A stretch of DNA of 64,000 nucleotides, taken from assembly GCA_009859145.1 (NCBI GenBank), contig VRVR01000001.1, forward strand, positions 16,463 through 80,462, given 5' to 3'. The notes below the pieces were generated by a model. The model saw only the letters and a program-made list of their open reading frames with translations. It was not told the DNA's origin and searched no databases. Below are positions 50,299 through 64,000 of the stretch, piece by piece (the stretch's first letter is position 1; each line of letters begins with the position of its first letter). The position numbers and the translations under genes were made by a program. This DNA comes from Andalucia godoyi And28 (Eukaryota; Protista; Jakobida).

Positions 50299-50443
50299 CT
50301 CCTACTCACATCCGCACCGCCAATCAGAAAAACGGAAATAAAAACAAAGGAAAACCAGGAAAAACAAAAAAGAAGCGACATGACGGGCTATATTATGTAC
50401 ATCTATACCGAACCCGGGTTGAACATGCTATACAATACATTCT

Positions 50444-51388
50444 TCAGAAACCTCCTGGTTCGGACTCTTCGTCGCTGCTGCTTAGGAGCGTCTGATCATA
50501 CGCATATCCTCTTCTTCGAGAAAAGCTGGTGATTTGATCGTAGCCAAATTTCGCAACCGGAATCATGACAACGGCCCCTGCAATGGCAAAGACAATCCTG
50601 AGCGCCAGCGAACCGGAAAACACGGCAAATACAAAGCACAATGCAGATATGGAGAGCAACGACACAGCGGAAAGCACGTCTCGGCACGACGCGCTGTTTC
50701 GCAGCCTTCGAAACCACGCATGATTGGGAAGTCCCAGCGCGCCTGGTCCAGGTGCAGCAAACACGGGCTCATTTGAAACTGACCGAATCTCACTTGGGGA
50801 GTACACTGGCGAACGCATGTTATGCACGGCATGCTGCCGAGTCTGTGCATCACGGCTTCCATTCTCATACCTGTTCTCGGTCTCCATCCCGTCCCCATCT
50901 TCTTTCGCACTCCGTGCATCCACCACACCCGCACGACGGTTGCCCAAAGCGTCCGTAGGGATCGCCTCGGAGGGATGGTTGGGGAGCAGAGGAAATCGTG
51001 TGCCGAGCGGCGGTGAGTGGCGAGAAAGCGGCTGCAACTCATACCGGACCGATAAGTCCAGCGCCACGGTCGTCGCAGACACCGGACCAGAAAAAGACCC
51101 GCTGCTGTAGTGCGAGGCATGGTCCGCGAGCGGAGACCCAGGCGATGCTGGAACATATTGACTTGATGCTAGCTTCGGAACCCGATAAGCGTCATCGTCC
51201 TCATCCGAATCGTCGACACCTTCAACATTCACTACGACCGTTTCCGCCTCATGAACGCCGACCTGATTCCGGAGATCAGAGAGCGGGACCGGGACCGGGA
51301 CCGGGAGCGGCAACGGTGGAGGTGGATCAAAGGACATTGCGCTCTTGTACATCGAATCAGAAGACTCGGAACCATTGAAATCGGACAT
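50444..51388 (-). CDS. Two-TM membrane protein, weakly TMEM230/TMEM134-like
   Basis: 314 aa. Disordered Ser/Pro-rich N-terminus, two C-terminal hydrophobic helices, then RRRGYAYDQ (compare RGYSYDD in TMEM230). The family call is weak. Confidence 0.6.
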   Translation of the reverse strand: MSDFNGSESSDSMYKSAMSFDPPPPLPLPVPVPVPLSDLRNQVGVHEAETVVVNVEGVDDSDEDDDAYRVPKLASSQYVPASPGSPLADHASHYSSGSFSGPVSATTVALDLSVRYELQPLSRHSPPLGTRFPLLPNHPSEAIPTDALGNRRAGVVDARSAKEDGDGMETENRYENGSRDAQTRQHAVHNMRSPVYSPSEIRSVSNEPVFAAPGPGALGLPNHAWFRRLRNSASCRDVLSAVSLLSISALCFVFAVFSGSLALRIVFAIAGAVVMIPVAKFGYDQITSFSRRRGYAYDQTLLSSSDEESEPGGF

Positions 51389-51766
51389 TTCTGTTCTCTA
51401 AGCGGGCATTTTCTCAATTTGATACTTTAAAAGCTGAAGCGGCAAAAAAAGAAAAAGGAGGATGAAAAAGAAGCAGGAGACAAAAGGTGAGGTTGAGTCC
51501 GTTTGCACTCTCCCGGTCAGCCAGTCATGTCAGCCAGCTGCTGTGGCTTTCCACTGCAGATCAAGTGAATGGTGAATAAAAAATCCTATCGTGCAACTCG
51601 GATCGTGCAATGGGCGTTGTGGTTGTTTTTTACGACTGCGAAAACTCGGTCGCGAGAGAAGCCCCCGAGTCCTTCCAAGTCTTGAGCAACTCTTTCATTC
51701 TGTTTATCGTTTTGCTATTGTATGTGTCATTGTTGAGAGAGAGCTGGTGAGTCAGCGAGTCAGCGG

Positions 51767-51820
<54 letters not shown>
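51767..51820. repeat. Compound (GT)n(GA)n microsatellite
   Basis: Ends about 26 nt upstream of the EMC4 ATG. Confidence 0.95.
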
Positions 51821-51824
<4 letters not shown>

Positions 51825-51845
51825 TCTAAGAGAAATACTTGAAGA

Positions 51846-52373
51846 ATGCCAAAGTTTGGAAGTTCTGTAGTGCTGCTTTCTGAGCTTCCTTCGCCTGCGG
51901 GATTCAAGCCTTCAACGTTTTCCCATTCTTCATCATCGTCATCTTCTTCTTCTTCGCCAGCAACGTCGTATCTGACGAGTGATGGCGTCAAGTCTGAGAA
52001 GTCGAGCAAGGATATGGAGCTTATTCAGAAAAAGGTGGCGCAGTTAGCACGGTCTCCAGTGCAAAAGATCTTCATGGTGGCGCTCATGTCGTACATGACT
52101 GGGTCTGGCATGAACATCATGACGCTGCTGATGATGTTCATGATGACTATGCAAACAGTAACTCCAATCTTCAGCGTCGGGTCTGCATTTCAGCAATTTG
52201 AAGGCTTGGGTGTTGCACTGCTGGTTCCAAAGCTGCAGTACATCGTGATTCATCTGGTCGGTTTCGGAATCATGCTCTTCAAGGGACATTCCATGGGCTT
52301 GCTTCGATTGTCCGGGCGGCAGTTCCCTATTCCCGAGTCTCCCTGGGGTGCTATCACAGGATCCATACACTAG
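51846..52373 (+). CDS. EMC4: ER membrane protein complex subunit 4
   Basis: 175 aa. LPSPAGF, KK..QLARSP..IFMVALMSYMTG, PIFSVGSAFQQFE, KLQYI and FKGHSMGLL. Confidence 0.85.
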   Translation: MPKFGSSVVLLSELPSPAGFKPSTFSHSSSSSSSSSSPATSYLTSDGVKSEKSSKDMELIQKKVAQLARSPVQKIFMVALMSYMTGSGMNIMTLLMMFMMTMQTVTPIFSVGSAFQQFEGLGVALLVPKLQYIVIHLVGFGIMLFKGHSMGLLRLSGRQFPIPESPWGAITGSIH

Positions 52374-52511
52374 GAAGTAAAAGCAACCGCAACAGCAGCA
52401 ACAGTGAACGAGTTAGTATGAATGGAAGACGGACGAATGTGCAGAAAGACGAGGTGATTTTACAAACAACAAATCAGCGCATGAACAGAAGAAGAAGAAC
52501 CCGCAGAGAGA

Positions 52512-55500
52512 TCATTTGACGTTGAGGCACAAAGCAACGCCTTGAAGCACCCAGTGCGAAACGTGGTCCTCGGTCGTGAGATCGGCATCAAAAACATGGC
52601 CGACACCGCCGGGACTGCGGCGAGATTGTGTGACGTAGACTGGGGTGCGGAACGTGTTCTGCAGCTTGAGCTTCGACGCTTCAATGGGAATGACCTGCAT
52701 AATCGGCAGCGCCTGAACAAGGACCTTGGGATCTTGCCGCCGCAGGCAGCTGTGCTCGTAGTCCCACGCAGCACCCTCAATGTAGAGACCGGAAATGAAA
52801 CAGCCATCCACTAACTTCTCAGGAACTTCGTCGTCCGTGCGATACGTGGTGACCTTGGTATACAGAGTTGACTTGTCCAGAGGCCACAGGTACCGGCGGC
52901 ACGTTGTCTGGACGAGAGCAGTGAGGTAAGACTCGGGAATGTGCAATCCGGACAGCCACATGATCTTGGGATCGCCTTCTTGAATCCACAGTCGGTACTG
53001 GTTAAACCGGCGAGTAAAGTGCTCCAGCCAGGCACCTAGCGACTTCTCAGTCGACGGGGCCAGTTTCCGCCACATGTTCGGCAACGCTCCATTGAAAACC
53101 GCAAACGCCAGTTCATCAAGTTCGGCAGACATACCGATTTCTCCAACAAGAGCTCGCTGCAGATCGCGGAGGGACAGGCGCATGCGAGCAATGAGATCGT
53201 TCCAGCGTTCGAGCTCCTGCAGTAAAACGACCTGCGTAGGAGATGGAACACCCATCCCTTTTGCAATAAGGGCGCGATCAAAGTCCTCCGGGATCTTTTC
53301 CTGGATGGACCGAGCGACTTGGGCGATATAATCTTCACGAGAGATACCGCCTGCCGCACCACCAACACGAGGCTGAAGTTCAATCAGATCTGTCCACAGC
53401 TGTTGGGAGGATGCCGTCAGGTATCCAATTTCGGCATTCGGATGAAGACCAAAAACCTCGGGAGAGTTCACAAGCATCATTTCCTCAATGCGACTCGCGT
53501 AGACATCGCGATGCAGCTTCTCGATGCCAGAATTAGGAGGAAGAGCGTAATCCACATTCTTTTCGGGATTGTGGTGGAAGTGGAACGGTTGGAACGTATC
53601 GAACAAGAAGTCCCCCATGTACTCATTCAAGTAAGTAACGAGAATGCGACGATCATACGAATCCGTAACACGACCGCCGTACATGGCTTCACCGACGAGG
53701 TACCGAAGAGACGCAAACGGAACAGGATCATTGTACTCCAAAGCTTTGTTAAGATACGTTGATATAAGCATCATCGACACTCGGAAATCAGACTCGTTGA
53801 AATCATAGGCCACATTCCACCCAATCTTTCCGTACTTGCGTCGTTCCTGCACCACAGCGTGGAAGAATGTCAATACGTATACAAGAGGTCGGAATGCAGG
53901 ATGCAGGCACTCGTTCAAGGCTTCTTCAGAAATCTTGGCAAACGTGGAACGCATGTTCAACTTCAGACCATTGGGGGGTTCTGTGACGACCTTTAGAGAG
54001 CGCTGCAGAATACCGATCGGGAACTGGTCCGAAGGCTCCGTGGTCATCCACAGACGGAAATCAAGATGCGGCTTGTCTATCTTCTCGAGGATCTTTTCAA
54101 GCGATCGCAGCCACTGAATGAGCAAGTGGCAGTTCTGCAGCAACACCCATTGACCACGTGTCACTGCAGTTTCCACCATCTGCTGCGCAATGGGGCCCTG
54201 TCCTTGACCAAGCGCAATGTACTTCATGCGATTGCCACCCATTCCAAGTTTGTCTGCAAGTTTGAAGATGTCCGATGCAGGATCTGCACCAGGAGAAATC
54301 ATGCACACGATCGGCGAAAACGGAGAACTCTGGCGGAACACGTTTTCGTAGTTCAGTACAGGTGGTTGAACGAAGCGGTCGCTCATCCTCGATTCAATGA
54401 ACAGCTGGACGCCAACATAAATACGATCGACACGGAAACATCGCAGCAGGCAAAGCTTCTGGAATGAATTCAACGTCTCCGAGTATCCCATCGGGAATGT
54501 CACGGACTCCGGTGCTTCCAGATCGTACCAGTTCTTCCACTCCGCTTCGTGTCCGGAAACATCATCAAGAATGGAACTGAAAGCATCGCTGAGCGTAACA
54601 ATGCGATTCATATCTTCCCACCCCTGATCAGTCAACCACGAAAACGGCTTCTTACGGCTGGACTTCGTAAGGGACAAATTTCCCTTCAGGAAGAAATCCA
54701 GCTCCGACAAATTCAGGTCGCCCTCCCCCTCCATGATACGCAGTGTCATTTGGAACGAAAACATCAACTTGTGGCGCTCGAAGATTCCCGTACACGTATA
54801 ATTGTACGCACTGATTGTAAGGTAGTCAATGATGTTCTCCAATCGTTGATCAATCATCGAAGACATTTCAGAACGCTGCAGCGATGCCCGGAAAACATCA
54901 TTCAAGTACGAATCCAGAGAATACTCGTACATCGTATTGATGACGGACAATCCAGACATGACGAAGAATAGGATAGAACCTCGCTTTGCAACAGGAGAGT
55001 ACAACATACGCGCCTTCTCGATCTCCTTCGCAGTCTCTTCCGCGGCACCCAGCTTTTCCTGAATTTCAGCAGCCTTGTTCTTCGTGTTCTCCAGCGTCTT
55101 GATGAGATCTTCATTGTCGAGAATATTACCTGTCGCCATTGCCAGCTCGCGCAGCAGAGAGTCCTCAAGTTCTTTCAGCAGTCCCTTATTCTCAGACATT
55201 TCCTGAACCAGACGTTCACGCTGTTCCTCCAAGTCCGCACGTTCGTAGCCAACGACGACGTTCAGCAGCTGGTCCTGCAAACCCTGCTGCGTCACGGAAT
55301 AGTTGATGAGCATCGTTTTGCCGGACACCTCGGGAGTGTAATGGGGATTGCTGATCTTGGTGCACATGTACAATCGGAAATTGGCATCCCACTCAACAAG
55401 CTTGTCACCGAGCATGATTTCTCTACGATTTCCGCCCCCACTCTTCACAAAGTTGCGTTCAAGCACAGCATCAATGATCGGGTCAATATACTCGTCCACA

Positions 55501-58500
55501 TTCTCGAACAAGAACGGATACCCGTAAGTAATGCAAAACTCCAACTTCTTCAAAAAATCGGAATCATTGAACGTGCAAACTGTCAACGAATTCTTGGACT
55601 CTTTCTTCTTAATCCAGTTCACTGCTTGCAGCTGCGGATCAATACAGAGAGGGAAGCGCGACGACCGCGTTGTAAGAATACCGTTTTGGATTGACAATTC
55701 GTCGGCGGGAAGACCCTCCGCAGTCCACTTCGAGACTTCGACTTCGTCAGCAAGCAGACGGTCAATTCGGAAAGGAAGCGTAACCGGCAGCTGCTTCTCT
55801 TTAATATCAGACAGCCATTTCTCTTGGATCAAGTTCATGCGGAAGTCAAACGTGAACGCTCCCAAGTAGCTCAGGAAACCAGCGGAAAGCACGCAATCGC
55901 CGATGAGACGCAGTCTGGCACTTTCCAGTTCCTCCAGCTCGGCAGACCAACGGGTTCGCTCCGAGGACAGCCCCGCAATCAAACGAGTTGCCGCATCAAG
56001 ACGGCGAGCCATAATGTCTGCCTTTTCTCGGAGAGCATTTGCCTTTGCGGTACCCTCATCGTACTTCTGCCGAAGCTGACCCAACTCTTCGGCAAGCTGC
56101 TTCAACTCCCGCTTGATGTTCTCCAAGTCCTTTTGCGCTTTGGCAAGATCGCGCATTGCTTGCTCGACTGCACGACGCTTCGGATCCACCGTCTTCGCCA
56201 CTCGATAGTAGTTGACAATTGCGTAGACCCACTTGAGCAAACCACCAGCAGCGCGCGAAACAACGGTAACCGCTTCCGTCGTAAAATCTGGACTCTTGGT
56301 GTACTTTTCGACCGCTTTGACCTTCTTATCGTTCAGCACATTCCTGTTGTCCTTGTCATACTCCTGAAGCTTTCTCAGGAAATTCGGGTCCGCCATCATT
56401 GCCTTGGCACCCTTCCAGGACGCTTCCTGTCCGCAAAGAATAGCAACGCACTCGCAAACAGCCTGCACAGCTTCAGGCGGTGTAGCAAAAGACCGAATCT
56501 CTGTAATGTCGTCTTTGCGGAGAGCATCAAGAGCTGCTGCTGCCTCTTCAAGGGCTGGAATGGCCTCTGCCAGCGCATCCTCTGCTTCCGCCTTCTCTTT
56601 TGTAATCGTCTTGTTCTGCACGACCAGCTCCGCTTCCTTGGTCGTGGCTGATGTCTGCTTCAACTCGACCTCCGCAGTCGATGCATAGATCTCCTCCATC
56701 AGCTTGTTGTTCGCCTCTGTCTGCTCATTAACAATGACTTGCTGGTCGGCCAGCTTGATCTTCATGTCCTCGACCTCTGTGGCGGCCTGGATCAGCTTGT
56801 TCAGACCGCCTTCAAGACGCTTCTTCATATCATCAACTTTCTTGCGGTTGGAGTTCAGAAGAGTTCGATAATTCGCAATGTAGTCGAGATAGTTCTTGGG
56901 AGTTACGTAGTTGTGGCGACGCAAGCGCGCTTCGAATTCCTCGGAAGCCTCCGACACAGACAAATGAACACGCATCATGTGCTCCACAACAAGCGGCCGA
57001 AGATCACCGGGAAGTTCCGTATCGGCAAGGAAAACAGACGCCACGGCTTCCAGAGCCTGTTTCGGCCACGGCGTGAACCAATCAATGACGGTATTGTTGA
57101 CTAGACCGGGGAAGTTACGGCAACGACGTCGCAATGTCTCTCCCGCAGGAGACATTGCCAACACAATATGCAAGTTATCTCGGCATTTGTTGACAAAGTA
57201 GTCCCAGCAAATGTCCTTTGTATCAGACAATCCGGATCGGATCACTTCATCTCGCACGGAACTGATCAGCCCGTCCTTTTCATCTTCCGCGAACAATGCA
57301 GGAACCATGCCACTAGTCAGCATGTTGTTGATCAACTCCAAGAATCCTTCGTCGACAACATGCGCATCTGTGAACAGGAAGGTCGTCTTCTTATTCTCGG
57401 CACCCAGTTTGTTGTACAGTTTCTTCAAATCCTCGCGGAACTCGGTTTCAGAGTATCCTCGTGACAACGTGATTTCAAACACTTCATAGCCCGCCGCAAA
57501 CGTCGCGAGGCGGGTCAACGACTGTTTGCCTGAACCACCCACCCCGACAAGAAGTGCATTTCCACGGTTCATCCGGAGAACCCGGTAGACGCGCGTCAGG
57601 TGCTCCAATGCATCCTCAAACATCACAAGGTTCATTGGCTTCCTGGTCAAGTTGTATTCCTCCAGGACGGATTCGAAAATCGGCTTGATTGCAGCGTAGT
57701 CAGTAAGATCGTCGTACAGGCGAATGTCCTCCCCTCCAGCACCAACGTTCTGGAAATCTCCAAACACGATGGGATCCTGCGTAACCTTGTCCTTATAATC
57801 TCCGAAACTCTCCGAAACCAACGTATTTAAACGATTCTGGACAAATTCCTTGTCTTCGACGGAGATGAGTCGATCGTGGAAGACGCGCAAGCACTCGTTT
57901 CGCCACAGACGAACCATTCGGTCAACAGAGGAGAATTTGTCCGTGGTGGACTGGCACAGCCCCTCGAAAACTCTGCTCAAATCTCTCAAATTGAAAATGT
58001 AATGGAACTTTGACGGCGTGGGCGGCAGCTGTTGCACAATCGACCAGTAGAGCTGCAATGTGACATCTGTCAACTTTTCCGAAATGTTCTTGATTGCGTT
58101 CGGGAAGGGCTCCAAATGGTGCTGGAAAATGGATGAGAAAATCATTCGGAGGGAATCCTCCGAGGGGAACGTGATATTGAACGAGGAGAACAATGAAATG
58201 AAACGAGGATCAACCGAATTGCGGCCGCCCCCAGGAGGAGCCATTGCGGTCAGGAACTGCATGTCTTTCAAATTCTTCCAGGTCAGTTCCTCTCGATCAT
58301 ACAGCCCACCTCTCTCGATCAGCAGCTTCAGAAGCGCAATGGGCTGCTGGGTGCCGTACGTGTCGATCTTCGGCATACTCAGATCGTCAATGAACACCAT
58401 GAGTTTCTTACCGACGGGAGGTCCATACGTATCCTTCGTTCTTTTTTCAACGTTGTCTTCGATGGTCGCTTGCACGTCGGCACTGCTCGTTCTCGATGAG

Positions 58501-61500
58501 AAATTGATGTTTAGTGTCAAGTAGGATTCTCGAGTCAGTTCCCGGAGATACTTCTGGATCGTGACCGATTTTGCAGTTCCAGACTCGCCTACAAACAGCA
58601 GCGGACGATTGACTGCGATTGTCTTTTCCAACAGCCACGTGCTCCGGTACGTGTCCGTTGTCGGAACGAGGATGCTGGAGAACTTACCGTCAGTAGGCGA
58701 CTGGTACGTCGGAACAAGAGAACGCCATGAAACCCATTGAAAGTTCTGCAAGCTGAAGGAGAAATCGTACAGCGTTCCTCGTTCAGGCAGCGAACCACTG
58801 CTGACAGGTCGCTCAAGACGCTCGCCGCAATCCATCAAAAGCATTCCTGAGGATTTCTTGACATACCCGTCAAACCGTTTGCGGTCCTCTTCAACAAGGC
58901 ATCCTCCAACAGACCAAATGAGCGAGAACAAAAAGACCGCTTCCAATGCCCGTGGCTCCACCAACTCTGAATCATCCGGAACGATTGCAGAAATCAGTTG
59001 GCAGCATTGCGTGGCCATATTCAAGTTCGTCAGGGGCATAGCAAACTTGCAGCGCTTTCCAACTGACCCGTTCTCTTCAATGCCGTCGAGAACGAAGTCC
59101 AAGGAAGTTTGGAAATAGCGATCAAACAGGTTCCGCAGAGTATCAGATTGCTGCTTCAGGGGGCGCGATGCAAGCCACTTCCAAACGTACGGCTTCCAAC
59201 CCAGATTCTTCGGATCCACATACACCATACCACAGCGAGACACGGTGGCCGGAGAGGCATACTGCAGGTCCCCGACTTCGAAAAGCATGCAAGCATGCGG
59301 GTATCGCAGGCGGATACGTTCTCCATTTGGCAGCGTCAGAAGCTTGTTGTCATCCATGACCGAGTTCATATTTTCGACCCACACAGCGTCCACGTCACCG
59401 TCAAAAACGAGGTACTTCCTGTCATTCTTATCGGAGGGTTTGTTCATTTCACGGAAAATGCTGGACAGCAGTCCGTCAGTCCACTCGCGCGATCCTGGAT
59501 CCAGAACTCCGTACAACTCTGAAATCTTGATGGCCTTCGGATTGATGACGAACAATTTCGTGGGTACATCGAGGGCAGTCTGGGCTCTTGCGAGGGCTTG
59601 CAACACCACCGTCTTTCCGCCTCCAGTCGGTCCCACGATCATGGACGTATGCCGCGTCAGCATGGTCTCATACAGCTGAATCACCTTGTCCACTTGCTCG
59701 GGCAGAAGCTGATAGCCTCGTTCTTGCAGAGCCTTCTCAACTGCAGAATTGAGAGACGGATATCGGACCCGATCGACCTTCAGATTGGGGAAGAGATCGT
59801 TGATCAATCCTCTAAACAGCGGAACATCATCAAACACAAACTTCGGAGAATTCGAGTCTCGCAACGCACGCATCAGCACGACGTCTTCGCCAAGTTCCGG
59901 AGATCCGCGCTTCAGCGCACCAGCCATCACCAGAACGGCCTTCAAGGCACGCAGACCCCAGTCATAATGATGTTGTTTCGACAGCTGTTCGCGAGCCAGC
60001 TTGTACAGCACCGTCATCTTTCGGGCAAGCACCCGCGCAAACGTGAAACCTTCCGAAAACAACATGATCTCGCAAATGATTTCCAAGTCTGGAACAACCA
60101 TAACGCAAGGGCGGAAAAGCGCTTTTAGATTGTCCGGAAGCTCAACACGTCCTGCATATCCGGGATTCATCGTGATGAAAATGCCCGTCTTCATGTCCAG
60201 CACAATTTCACGACCTTCAAACATGAATTTCTTCAGCTGTTGCGTCATACCATTCTGAATCGCCTTGATCTGGGCAGACACGACGGACAGCACTGGGAGC
60301 TCAATTCTGTTGAACTCGTCGAAACAGCCCCATGCTCCACACTGAACAAGACCAGAGAAAATGCGGCCCATTGCCTTGTAGTCGAGACCTTCACCGCAGT
60401 TGAACACAACACACATGACTGCCATTGCTTTCGCAAGATCCTTGACGGACTCCGTCTTTCCAGTGCCGGCAGGGCCTGCAGGCGAACCGCCAAGATGGAA
60501 CGTCAGCGCCTGCGTAAGCGTCATGAAGCAACGATCCGTCAGCGGCGTAATCACCAACCGACCGTTCAAGCCCATGTATTCATATCCAAACTCAAACGTA
60601 CCGGTACACTGACGAATGCGGCAATCATCTGCAGCGCGATCCCAGTAGAAACGCAACTGAGATTCCCACTCGAATTCCCGGGCATCCAACACCGAGTCGC
60701 GGACAAACCGGTCAACAATGTCACGCGCATGGACATCAATGATGATCATCGTGTTCACTTTCTTCCGATCGTTAGAGGACAGTTCCTTGCGAACCTCGGC
60801 CACCAGATCATTCAACTGATTTGTCAACTTTGTTGCCAGACTCTTCACAGCAGTCTTGTCACCCTGCTTTACACGCTGGAAAGCATCCTCGACTTCCCAC
60901 GTCCACCAAATTTGAGACGCCGCAAGCGCAGCCATTCCAAGATATTCGTACATCCAAGCAATGCGATCCTTCTTCGCATAGAAGAACGTGGATTCCTTGA
61001 GCACTGCTCGAAGCGTGCGCCTCATCTCGTCCTGAACAGCATTCAGCCACTTCTCAACAGGACCCTCTGCTTTCACCATCGTCCGGAAATCGTACACCTC
61101 ATTCTCGGAAGACTGCATTCCAATAATCGAAGTGGCGTTCTTGCCAAATCGCAATGCAGCACAATTGTCGAACATTTTCAGCATGTGTTCCTGAACAGCC
61201 TTTGGATCCGAAGAACCCAGAATGCTCAGCAGCTCGTCATCGGAAATGAAAAAGAAGCGAGGGAAAGCATTTCGCTTTGTTTCCAAATAATCGGAAAGAC
61301 CCTTCTGACACATGTCCAGTTGAGCAGCCATGTCTTGCAATTGCGTCAACCGACCTTCAAATGAGCAGGCCTCCAGGACATTGGTTGTCTTGTGAGTATC
61401 CGACATGATCTTCGCGAACGCCTTATCAATGCGCGCAAATCGCTGCGCCTCCTCCGGGAGCTGCATGCGGATATCATCTGAGCCCACGAAAATGGATTCA

Positions 61501-64000
61501 AGGTACATCCACTTCCGCTGCACAACAAGCCAAACATCAATGACTTCTCCGATGAGGGACAAATTCTTTTCCCACTTGCGAACTTCATTCACAAACGCTC
61601 CAACAAACCGAGAAGCAGACATGCTTGACAAGTTCATCATATTGTCTTCCAGTGTCTGCAAAATCTCGTCGCACGTCTTGAGCACAAATCCTCTGTCTTC
61701 GCTCCCCCGGAAGTATTTCGAAAGTTCGAACTTTAAGTTCTTCCACGTTTCCCGAATGAGCGTGAGCTGCTTTTCAATGGCCAGCTCCTTATTTGCGAAC
61801 CCAACAATCTCCGAGATCTTCTCCGCGTACAGGTGAAGGTTCATGTCCAACATGTTCTTGAGAGTAAACGTGCTCATCTCCATGGATATCGTCACTCCTG
61901 TGACTTCACCCACTTTGGCCCAGTGCCGATCGCGCAAGGCCTCCGATTTCAGGTCCACAAACAAGGGGATGCAGTCCTTGAACGTTTTGATGCTTTCTAC
62001 CAGCGACGAGTGCGCTGCAAGATTATGCAGTTCCTTCGGGAGTTTCTTGACCTCCACAAAGGTTGCATCAGAGCCGCTCTGCAGCTCATCGATGTTGATG
62101 TTAACCCAGAGTGTCTGCGACCAGTTCTCCACGGTTTCCTTCCATTGGTCGTACTTGTCGTACACCCGCGACAATCGTTTCAACGACGCATCCAAATGGA
62201 ACAATTCCGGATACTCGGTGATGGGAAGGTCGAACAACTTCTCTGCAAGAACCAATGTGTCCTTCTCCTTGAGCATGTCTTGCAATTTTTGATTGTAGTC
62301 CTTCATCATCTGCAACCCATCATCAAGCAATACACCAGGTCTGCCAGGGCCACTCGTGTCAAAGGCATCCTTCGCAGTCACAACGCGATCTCGGAACTCC
62401 TCAACCTGCTTGCGCGTAACCTCTGTGAACTTCCGACGAACGGGTTCGAGCTCTCGCAACTTTGCCTGTGCCTGCTCCACGAGCGACTGGAACTTGGAGC
62501 CTAGGGATTGCACCATTTGCATTTCTTCGGGATTGATCTTCAATTTGAACTCGCTGAACGTGTCGTAGGCGTCTTGAACGCGTCGATACTGCAACTCAAC
62601 TTCCACAGTGGCATTCATGATGTCCGCAATGCAACCAAGAACAAACTTAAGGTCGTCCAGAACCTGCGGCTGTCTCTTGAGATCTGCAATCCAACGATCC
62701 ATTTTTCCATTCAGATCCTCCGCAAGCGTCCGCATGGAATCGCTGTAGTACTTGCCAATGGCCGCGACCCAGTCCAACGCTTCCTTCTCAATTGCTGCCG
62801 TGAGCGGCGCGCAATTCACCTGAACAAAGTCAATATTCTTCTCTGGATGGTATGCTGCAACATCGCGACCAAGCTTGGAGTAGTCGTGCATTCGCTTCTC
62901 GTAATCTTGCGGATTCGCCTGCTTAAAACCCTTTCCGAACATCTTTTCCAAGGCAGGAACCTTCTCGTGTTTCCACAAGTGCTTGTGCTTTCCCCAGACC
63001 GACAAATACTTCATCACGGCATTGAACGTCCGCGTGATGTCCTTGTTCACTGTGAAACCAAGCTTGATGATCTGGCTGGTCTGCGAAATATCCGAGAAGA
63101 AGGAGTAGACAAAAGGCTCTTCATCCTCATGCTGCTGAGGTTGCACGAGACCGGCAGTGGATTCCAAGCATGTGCAGTCCATCCATCGAACAAAGAGCTT
63201 CGTGCATTCGACAATGTTCTTCATGATCTTGCTTAAATTCTTCGAAATTTCTCCTAATGCAGGAGAAACAACGATGTCCGGGACGCTCAACGTAGCGGTC
63301 ACTCGGAACAACGGTTTTCGGAGAGCGAGGTCTCGGGGTAGCAACATGTGTTGGAAAGTGGACAAAGAGACAAGAATCATTCTCCGAAGGGCCTTGTAGA
63401 TTTTTCTCTCCCAGTATTCGTAATACGGACGCATTTCCTTGCATTTGCCGGTGTCCGAGTTGAAGACAATTTCCTCAATCTTCCGCAGCAAGGGACCAAT
63501 CGTCTGATACTTTCGTACCAACAGATCCACGGTTTCGGTTCTGTACTTGTCCATCAATTCCGCAAACTCTTGCATGTCCAACAACTCCGCACCGGTGTCG
63601 TACTTTGGAACCAGCACGGTGTTGGAGATCTGCATCACAACGGAGTTGATCGTGTTCGCATTTTTCTGGACCTGCTTAATCAGAGCCTGGAATTCGCCAA
63701 TCTTTTTGCTGGTAGACGTGATGAAATCCGGAATACCCAGAGAGTTCCAATTCAGCGTTGTCAAAGAGGGTTTCAAAATATCGGTCAACCTGGTAACCTT
63801 GTCCTTGAGAAGCACTTTCTCAGCCGGCCGCAAGCTGGCCAATGCAACTTTGTGAGCCAGCACGACACTCTTCAAGTTCTCGATGTACCCAAGGTACTTT
63901 TCCTCCTGAAGAGCAACATTCAAAGCGATATCAGGGATGGAAAGTCCCCCAAGACGATCCAGGTACTTTGTCTCCTCAATCAAGGCGCGGAGCATTGGAT
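52512..64000 (-). CDS. DNAH10: Axonemal inner-arm I1/f alpha dynein heavy chain, 5'-truncated by the window edge
   Basis: More than 3800 aa with no intron. P-loops [24 protein letters not shown] and GVGGSGKQS. The C-terminus [14 protein letters not shown]...[10 protein letters not shown] is characteristic of DNAH10. The frame is open to the edge. Confidence 0.92.
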   Translation of the reverse strand, partial: PMLRALIEETKYLDRLGGLSIPDIALNVALQEEKYLGYIENLKSVVLAHKVALASLRPAEKVLLKDKVTRLTDILKPSLTTLNWNSLGIPDFITSTSKKIGEFQALIKQVQKNANTINSVVMQISNTVLVPKYDTGAELLDMQEFAELMDKYRTETVDLLVRKYQTIGPLLRKIEEIVFNSDTGKCKEMRPYYEYWERKIYKALRRMILVSLSTFQHMLLPRDLALRKPLFRVTATLSVPDIVVSPALGEISKNLSKIMKNIVECTKLFVRWMDCTCLESTAGLVQPQQHEDEEPFVYSFFSDISQTSQIIKLGFTVNKDITRTFNAVMKYLSVWGKHKHLWKHEKVPALEKMFGKGFKQANPQDYEKRMHDYSKLGRDVAAYHPEKNIDFVQVNCAPLTAAIEKEALDWVAAIGKYYSDSMRTLAEDLNGKMDRWIADLKRQPQVLDDLKFVLGCIADIMNATVEVELQYRRVQDAYDTFSEFKLKINPEEMQMVQSLGSKFQSLVEQAQAKLRELEPVRRKFTEVTRKQVEEFRDRVVTAKDAFDTSGPGRPGVLLDDGLQMMKDYNQKLQDMLKEKDTLVLAEKLFDLPITEYPELFHLDASLKRLSRVYDKYDQWKETVENWSQTLWVNINIDELQSGSDATFVEVKKLPKELHNLAAHSSLVESIKTFKDCIPLFVDLKSEALRDRHWAKVGEVTGVTISMEMSTFTLKNMLDMNLHLYAEKISEIVGFANKELAIEKQLTLIRETWKNLKFELSKYFRGSEDRGFVLKTCDEILQTLEDNMMNLSSMSASRFVGAFVNEVRKWEKNLSLIGEVIDVWLVVQRKWMYLESIFVGSDDIRMQLPEEAQRFARIDKAFAKIMSDTHKTTNVLEACSFEGRLTQLQDMAAQLDMCQKGLSDYLETKRNAFPRFFFISDDELLSILGSSDPKAVQEHMLKMFDNCAALRFGKNATSIIGMQSSENEVYDFRTMVKAEGPVEKWLNAVQDEMRRTLRAVLKESTFFYAKKDRIAWMYEYLGMAALAASQIWWTWEVEDAFQRVKQGDKTAVKSLATKLTNQLNDLVAEVRKELSSNDRKKVNTMIIIDVHARDIVDRFVRDSVLDAREFEWESQLRFYWDRAADDCRIRQCTGTFEFGYEYMGLNGRLVITPLTDRCFMTLTQALTFHLGGSPAGPAGTGKTESVKDLAKAMAVMCVVFNCGEGLDYKAMGRIFSGLVQCGAWGCFDEFNRIELPVLSVVSAQIKAIQNGMTQQLKKFMFEGREIVLDMKTGIFITMNPGYAGRVELPDNLKALFRPCVMVVPDLEIICEIMLFSEGFTFARVLARKMTVLYKLAREQLSKQHHYDWGLRALKAVLVMAGALKRGSPELGEDVVLMRALRDSNSPKFVFDDVPLFRGLINDLFPNLKVDRVRYPSLNSAVEKALQERGYQLLPEQVDKVIQLYETMLTRHTSMIVGPTGGGKTVVLQALARAQTALDVPTKLFVINPKAIKISELYGVLDPGSREWTDGLLSSIFREMNKPSDKNDRKYLVFDGDVDAVWVENMNSVMDDNKLLTLPNGERIRLRYPHACMLFEVGDLQYASPATVSRCGMVYVDPKNLGWKPYVWKWLASRPLKQQSDTLRNLFDRYFQTSLDFVLDGIEENGSVGKRCKFAMPLTNLNMATQCCQLISAIVPDDSELVEPRALEAVFLFSLIWSVGGCLVEEDRKRFDGYVKKSSGMLLMDCGERLERPVSSGSLPERGTLYDFSFSLQNFQWVSWRSLVPTYQSPTDGKFSSILVPTTDTYRSTWLLEKTIAVNRPLLFVGESGTAKSVTIQKYLRELTRESYLTLNINFSSRTSSADVQATIEDNVEKRTKDTYGPPVGKKLMVFIDDLSMPKIDTYGTQQPIALLKLLIERGGLYDREELTWKNLKDMQFLTAMAPPGGGRNSVDPRFISLFSSFNITFPSEDSLRMIFSSIFQHHLEPFPNAIKNISEKLTDVTLQLYWSIVQQLPPTPSKFHYIFNLRDLSRVFEGLCQSTTDKFSSVDRMVRLWRNECLRVFHDRLISVEDKEFVQNRLNTLVSESFGDYKDKVTQDPIVFGDFQNVGAGGEDIRLYDDLTDYAAIKPIFESVLEEYNLTRKPMNLVMFEDALEHLTRVYRVLRMNRGNALLVGVGGSGKQSLTRLATFAAGYEVFEITLSRGYSETEFREDLKKLYNKLGAENKKTTFLFTDAHVVDEGFLELINNMLTSGMVPALFAEDEKDGLISSVRDEVIRSGLSDTKDICWDYFVNKCRDNLHIVLAMSPAGETLRRRCRNFPGLVNNTVIDWFTPWPKQALEAVASVFLADTELPGDLRPLVVEHMMRVHLSVSEASEEFEARLRRHNYVTPKNYLDYIANYRTLLNSNRKKVDDMKKRLEGGLNKLIQAATEVEDMKIKLADQQVIVNEQTEANNKLMEEIYASTAEVELKQTSATTKEAELVVQNKTITKEKAEAEDALAEAIPALEEAAAALDALRKDDITEIRSFATPPEAVQAVCECVAILCGQEASWKGAKAMMADPNFLRKLQEYDKDNRNVLNDKKVKAVEKYTKSPDFTTEAVTVVSRAAGGLLKWVYAIVNYYRVAKTVDPKRRAVEQAMRDLAKAQKDLENIKRELKQLAEELGQLRQKYDEGTAKANALREKADIMARRLDAATRLIAGLSSERTRWSAELEELESARLRLIGDCVLSAGFLSYLGAFTFDFRMNLIQEKWLSDIKEKQLPVTLPFRIDRLLADEVEVSKWTAEGLPADELSIQNGILTTRSSRFPLCIDPQLQAVNWIKKKESKNSLTVCTFNDSDFLKKLEFCITYGYPFLFENVDEYIDPIIDAVLERNFVKSGGGNRREIMLGDKLVEWDANFRLYMCTKISNPHYTPEVSGKTMLINYSVTQQGLQDQLLNVVVGYERADLEEQRERLVQEMSENKGLLKELEDSLLRELAMATGNILDNEDLIKTLENTKNKAAEIQEKLGAAEETAKEIEKARMLYSPVAKRGSILFFVMSGLSVINTMYEYSLDSYLNDVFRASLQRSEMSSMIDQRLENIIDYLTISAYNYTCTGIFERHKLMFSFQMTLRIMEGEGDLNLSELDFFLKGNLSLTKSSRKKPFSWLTDQGWEDMNRIVTLSDAFSSILDDVSGHEAEWKNWYDLEAPESVTFPMGYSETLNSFQKLCLLRCFRVDRIYVGVQLFIESRMSDRFVQPPVLNYENVFRQSSPFSPIVCMISPGADPASDIFKLADKLGMGGNRMKYIALGQGQGPIAQQMVETAVTRGQWVLLQNCHLLIQWLRSLEKILEKIDKPHLDFRLWMTTEPSDQFPIGILQRSLKVVTEPPNGLKLNMRSTFAKISEEALNECLHPAFRPLVYVLTFFHAVVQERRKYGKIGWNVAYDFNESDFRVSMMLISTYLNKALEYNDPVPFASLRYLVGEAMYGGRVTDSYDRRILVTYLNEYMGDFLFDTFQPFHFHHNPEKNVDYALPPNSGIEKLHRDVYASRIEEMMLVNSPEVFGLHPNAEIGYLTASSQQLWTDLIELQPRVGGAAGGISREDYIAQVARSIQEKIPEDFDRALIAKGMGVPSPTQVVLLQELERWNDLIARMRLSLRDLQRALVGEIGMSAELDELAFAVFNGALPNMWRKLAPSTEKSLGAWLEHFTRRFNQYRLWIQEGDPKIMWLSGLHIPESYLTALVQTTCRRYLWPLDKSTLYTKVTTYRTDDEVPEKLVDGCFISGLYIEGAAWDYEHSCLRRQDPKVLVQALPIMQVIPIEASKLKLQNTFRTPVYVTQSRRSPGGVGHVFDADLTTEDHVSHWVLQGVALCLNVK

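Overview
Gene-dense, very intron-poor eukaryotic DNA from a flagellated, sterol-synthesising protist. The style resembles compact excavate/jakobid genomes, but the taxon cannot be established from this window. I support about 29 protein-coding genes separated by short AT-rich or microsatellite-rich spacers. Housekeeping genes: RPT4, RPN7, pyrophosphatase, ERG25, ThrRS, AP2 sigma, PLRG1, mitochondrial carrier, EMC4, ROGDI-like, P/U-type cyclin, ZIP transporter and two lipases. Ciliary/basal-body genes: CEP104, centlein-like, DRC2, ODAD3-like, SPAG16 and a 5'-truncated DNAH10. No tRNA, rRNA, CRISPR array or transposase was seen. The top finding is at 4161-5804 (-): a catalytically intact DEDDy 3'-5' exonuclease (EXD1/Egalitarian-like) fused to a Shiftless (SHFL/RyDEN/C19orf66)-like zinc-finger domain. 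This joins an animal antiviral frameshift inhibitor to an RNA-decay enzyme in a unicellular eukaryote. Other notable items are a stand-alone Mut7-C gene head-to-head with a bacterial-type DnaQ exonuclease, a Cys-less pentameric ligand-gated channel carrying bacterial adhesin-like repeats, and a shared AATGTAGGCG motif in three gene-free, hairpin-rich spacers (candidate ncRNAs). All family assignments come from recalled motifs, not database searches.
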